DNA from: Actinomycetota bacterium
GTDB taxonomy: Bacteria; Actinomycetota; Actinomycetes; S36-B12; UBA5976
NCBI GenBank assembly: GCA_046048135.1
Contig: JBJOGR010000050.1
Location: forward strand, 4,180 to 68,179
Direction of reading: 5' to 3'
Length of the DNA: 64,000 nt
In this document: piece after piece, positions 60,687-64,000 of the stretch
How positions within the stretch are numbered: position 1 is the stretch's first letter
Layout: the number at the start of each line of letters is the position of its first letter
The notes under the pieces: generated by a model
What the model was told of the DNA's origin: nothing
Database searches by the model: none
What the model saw: only the letters and a program-made list of their open reading frames with translations
Position numbers and translations under genes: made by a program

Positions 60687-61424
60687 ATGACAGAAATAGT
60701 TTCTAATTCAGTATTGCCTGCAAAGCGAGAATTAATTAATTTAGAAACAAGTGATGGGCAAACCTTAGTAGGCGAGATTGCATCTCCGTTAAATAAAGAA
60801 GCAATTGCAACAATAATTACAGTTCATCCATTACCAACTCATGGCGGAAATACAGATAGTCATTTATTGAGAAAAATGTCATGGAGATTTCCAGCACTAG
60901 CTGGAATTAATGTGTTGAGATTTAATACCCGAGGAACTTGCTCAAAACTAGGCAGAAGTACAGGAAACTTTGATTCGTCAAATGATGAAGGAAAAGATCT
61001 ATTAGCTACCATTGATTATGTTAAGAAAAATAATTTAGCTAAACCATATGTTGTTGGTTGGTCTTTTGGAACAGATGTAACTCTTCGTCACGCATATGAC
61101 CAAGATTTAAGCGGAGTTGTTTTAATTTCTCCACCACTTCGATTCACAACTCAAGAAGAATTAGCAAGATGGAAAAATGTTAGTTTTCCTGTTATTGCTT
61201 TAGTTCCTGAATTAGATGACTATTTAAAGCCCAAAGAAGCAAAAGAAAAATTTTCCATTTGTCCAAATATTCAAGTAATTGCAGAACCTGGGGCAAAACA
61301 TTTATGGGTTGGCGAAAATAGTGTTCAAGTTGTTTTAAATCACATTGTTAAGTTAATTGCTCCAGAGAAAGTTCCGCTTCCTACCTCTTGGGATGGTCCG
61401 GTGGAAAAGTGGAACGATATTTAA
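60687..61424 (+). CDS. Alpha/beta hydrolase
   Basis: Has the nucleophile elbow GWSFG, an HPLPTHGG oxyanion-region motif and a late GAKHLW His. The start abuts the upstream stop. Confidence 0.75.
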   Translation: MTEIVSNSVLPAKRELINLETSDGQTLVGEIASPLNKEAIATIITVHPLPTHGGNTDSHLLRKMSWRFPALAGINVLRFNTRGTCSKLGRSTGNFDSSNDEGKDLLATIDYVKKNNLAKPYVVGWSFGTDVTLRHAYDQDLSGVVLISPPLRFTTQEELARWKNVSFPVIALVPELDDYLKPKEAKEKFSICPNIQVIAEPGAKHLWVGENSVQVVLNHIVKLIAPEKVPLPTSWDGPVEKWNDI

Positions 61425-61469
61425 CTATCGTTAGAATTGATAAAAAAAAGTTTGAAGGTGAAATAAATT

Positions 61470-62396
61470 TTGGCTGGTTCTATTCCGATGCGTGGCGCAA
61501 TTGATTTAGGCGCTCTTGCTCAAGCTCGACAAGCACAAAGTGCAGCAAACTCTGCTTTAGCCAATGCTCCAAGTGGCGTCGTAATAGATGTAAACGAAAA
61601 TGATTTTCAGCAAAAAGTAATTGATGCCTCTAATCAAGTACCAGTAGTAGTTGACTTATGGGCTGAATGGTGTGGACCATGTAAACAACTTTCTCCAGTT
61701 CTAGAAAAAATTGCAGCTGAATTTAACGGAAAATTTATTTTAGCCAAAGTGGATATAGATAAGAATCAAAATATTGCTGCTGCATTTCAAGTTCAATCGA
61801 TTCCAGCAGTTTTTGCAATTATTGCAGGATCTGCTGCACCTTTGTTTCAAGGTGCAATGCCTGAGTCTCAAGTAAGACAAGTTTTAACTGAAGTAATAAG
61901 AATTGCCAATGAACAAGGGGTTAAAGGAACGGTTAATCAAGATCAACAAGAGACAGAACAAGAAAGTAAATCTGAAGAACCTAAAGCTGATCCAAAACTT
62001 GAAGCTGCATTTAATGCAATTGAGAAAGGGGATTTTGTAGAAGCTAAGAAAATTTATCAAGAAATGTTAAATCAAAATCCAAAAGATGAAACTGCCATTG
62101 CTGGTCTTGCTCAAGTTGGATTACTAGAAAGATCTACTACTTTAAATGAAAACGAAATTAGAAAAAATGCAAGCGATAAGAAAAATATTGATGCACAATT
62201 AGAACTTGCTGATTTGGAACTTATGAAAGGAAATCCAGAAGCAGGATTTAGTGTTTTGATCAATGCTATCAGAATTACCTCAGGCCAAGACCGAGAAAAG
62301 TTGAGAGAAAGACTTTTAGAATTATTTGTAGTGGTTGGAGATAGTGATCCTCACGTATTAAAGGCTCGAAGAGACCTAGCAAGCGCATTGTTCTAA
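61470..62396 (+). CDS. Thioredoxin-domain plus TPR-repeat protein (YbbN/CnoX-like co-chaperone)
   Basis: Has the WAEWCGPCK active site and a C-terminal TPR-like helical repeat region. The start could be TTG 61470 or ATG 61488. Confidence 0.8.
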   Translation: MAGSIPMRGAIDLGALAQARQAQSAANSALANAPSGVVIDVNENDFQQKVIDASNQVPVVVDLWAEWCGPCKQLSPVLEKIAAEFNGKFILAKVDIDKNQNIAAAFQVQSIPAVFAIIAGSAAPLFQGAMPESQVRQVLTEVIRIANEQGVKGTVNQDQQETEQESKSEEPKADPKLEAAFNAIEKGDFVEAKKIYQEMLNQNPKDETAIAGLAQVGLLERSTTLNENEIRKNASDKKNIDAQLELADLELMKGNPEAGFSVLINAIRITSGQDREKLRERLLELFVVVGDSDPHVLKARRDLASALF

Positions 62397-62415
62397 ATCG
62401 TCTAAACTTGAGGTT

Positions 62416-63591
62416 ATGACTTATTTAGATCACGCTGCTACTACTTCAATGTTGCCTGAGGCAGTTGCTGCGATGACTGCTGAATTAGCAAAACCTGGTA
62501 ACCCATCTTCACTTCATTCTTCAGGTCGAAGAGCTAGGAAAGTTGTCGAAGAATCAAGAGAAGTTATTGCAGCAGCATTAGGTGCAAGACCTGTTGAAGT
62601 TATTTTTACTTCCGGGGGCACAGAATCTAATAACTTAGCAATCAAAGGTTTATTTTGGTCAAGATTAAAAAAAGATCCGAAAAGAAATAGAATTTTAATA
62701 TCTGCAATAGAACATCATGCAGTTTTAGATCCAGTTTTGTGGCTTAAAGAACATGACAATGCAATCGTTGAATTACTTCCAGTTGATGAATTTGCCAGAG
62801 TAAGTCCTGAAACATTAAGAAATGCAATTGAAAAAAATCCTGATGATGTTTCATTTATAAGTGTTATGTGGGCAAATAATGAGGTTGGCACAATTCAGCC
62901 AATAAAAGAATTAGCTAATGTTGCAAAAGAATTTAACATTCCAATGCATTCTGATGCAGTTCAAGCAGTTGGATGTTTAGAAGTTCATTTTCAAGATTCA
63001 GGACTTGATGCCTTAACTGTAAGTGGTCATAAAATTGGTGGACCACAAGGAATTGGTGCTTTAGTAATCAAAAGAGATATTGAATTAACTCCAGTCTTGC
63101 ACGGTGGAGGACAAGAAAGAGAAGTTAGATCAGGAACTTTAGCTGCACCGCAAATTGCTGGATTTGCAGCTGCGATAAAAGTTGCAGTAAGTCAAAGATT
63201 TAATCGAGCAAACAGATTAAGTGCTTTAAGAAAAGACTTGATAAATAAAGTTATGCAAACAGTTCCTGATGTAGTGCTAAATGGTGATCCAGAAAATCGT
63301 TTACCTGGAAATGTTCACTTTACTTTTAAAGGTTGCGAAGGTGATGCAATATTGATGTTGTTGGATGCTCAAGGAGTTGAATGTTCAACAGGTTCTGCTT
63401 GTTCTGCAGGAATTCCTCAGCCATCACACGTTTTACTTGCAATGGGCAGAGATGAACAAACTGCAAGAGGATCAATTAGATTTTCTTTTGGTACAACATC
63501 AACTCCAGATGATGTAACAGATGTTATAAATGTTTTACCAGCTGTGGTGGAAAGAGCAAGAAGAGCTGGTAAACCAGCTGTGAAGTCATGA
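62416..63591 (+). CDS. Cysteine desulfurase (NifS/IscS family)
   Basis: Contains YLDHAATT, the PLP lysine in [12 protein letters not shown] and the catalytic Cys loop STGSACSAG. Confidence 0.9.
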   Translation: MTYLDHAATTSMLPEAVAAMTAELAKPGNPSSLHSSGRRARKVVEESREVIAAALGARPVEVIFTSGGTESNNLAIKGLFWSRLKKDPKRNRILISAIEHHAVLDPVLWLKEHDNAIVELLPVDEFARVSPETLRNAIEKNPDDVSFISVMWANNEVGTIQPIKELANVAKEFNIPMHSDAVQAVGCLEVHFQDSGLDALTVSGHKIGGPQGIGALVIKRDIELTPVLHGGGQEREVRSGTLAAPQIAGFAAAIKVAVSQRFNRANRLSALRKDLINKVMQTVPDVVLNGDPENRLPGNVHFTFKGCEGDAILMLLDAQGVECSTGSACSAGIPQPSHVLLAMGRDEQTARGSIRFSFGTTSTPDDVTDVINVLPAVVERARRAGKPAVKS

Positions 63592-64000
63592 CTAAAAAAG
63601 TAGTAGCTGCCATGAGTGGTGGCGTTGATTCATCTGTTGCAGCAGCAAGATTAGTTGATCAGGGATATGACGTTGTTGGAATTCATTTAGCTTTAGCAAA
63701 AGTAAAAGGACATGCAGGTGGTAAAGGTTGTTGCACACTCGATGATGCGCGTGATGCCAGAAGAGTTGCAGATCGTTTAGGAATTCCATTTTATGTTTGG
63801 GATGTATCAGATGAATTTCAAAAAGAAGTAATTGAAAACTTTGTAAGTGAATATGCACAAGGTAGAACTCCAAATCCATGTGTGAGATGTAACGAAAAAA
63901 TTAAATTTGCTGCAGTTTTGGAAAGATCTCTCGCACTTGGTTTTGATGCTGTAGCTACAGGACATTACGCACGAATTATTGAAACTGCTGATGGCCCAAC
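63588..64000 (+). CDS. mnmA: tRNA 2-thiouridine(34) synthase MnmA, 5' part (runs off the right edge)
   Basis: It is not in the ORF track because it has no stop in the window. By my own translation it reads [22 protein letters not shown] (PP-loop), ...[14 protein letters not shown]. It has an ATGA overlap with the desulfurase stop. Confidence 0.9.
   Translation, partial: MTKKVVAAMSGGVDSSVAAARLVDQGYDVVGIHLALAKVKGHAGGKGCCTLDDARDARRVADRLGIPFYVWDVSDEFQKEVIENFVSEYAQGRTPNPCVRCNEKIKFAAVLERSLALGFDAVATGHYARIIETADGP

Overview
This is an AT-rich, very tightly packed chromosomal segment. I called about 70 protein genes and one tRNA. I found no rRNA, CRISPR array, IS element, integrase, prophage or recognisable defence genes.

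Gene order from about 32.6 to 60.4 kb is the classic Actinobacteria core block: argS-lysA-hom-thrC-thrB-rho-rpmE-prfA-prmC-sua5/tsaC-(glyA)-wecA-atpI-like-atpBEFHAGDC, then murA, a PduO-type adenosyltransferase and nucS. The low GC content, overlapping genes and small intergenic gaps suggest a genome-streamlined, low-GC actinobacterium such as a freshwater acI/Nanopelagicales-like lineage. That placement is an inference, not a database result.

The left third (9.8-29.1 kb) is a large nucleoside and purine uptake and catabolism supercluster. It contains cdd, an MTAP-like phosphorylase, an MtaD-like deaminase, an SDR, deoA, a BMP-type nucleoside ABC transporter, add, two ALDH-family genes, deoC, a phosphopentomutase-type mutase, punA, guaB1 and an NCS2 purine permease.

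I did not find a clear-cut new multi-gene system. The stretches least explained by textbook annotation are:
- an orphan SAF/CpaB-like plus TadZ/CpaE-like pair with a lysine-less P-loop (0.2-2.0 kb);
- a degenerate ADP-ribosylglycohydrolase-like gene (4.1-4.9 kb);
- an ALDH paralogue that lacks the whole catalytic domain (20.3-21.2 kb);
- a heme oxygenase-DedA-S51 peptidase operon behind a perfect 10+10 bp palindrome (29.2-31.2 kb);
- a 96-aa 'mini-SURF1' (32.3-32.6 kb);
- a BldC-like plus sensor-LuxR pair inserted between the atp operon and murA (56.4-57.5 kb);
- a small basic zinc-ribbon protein coupled to nucS (60.4-60.7 kb).

Several structured leaders and intercistronic hairpins are also reported. 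All functional calls rest on motifs I can read in the translations plus remembered family knowledge. No searches were run.
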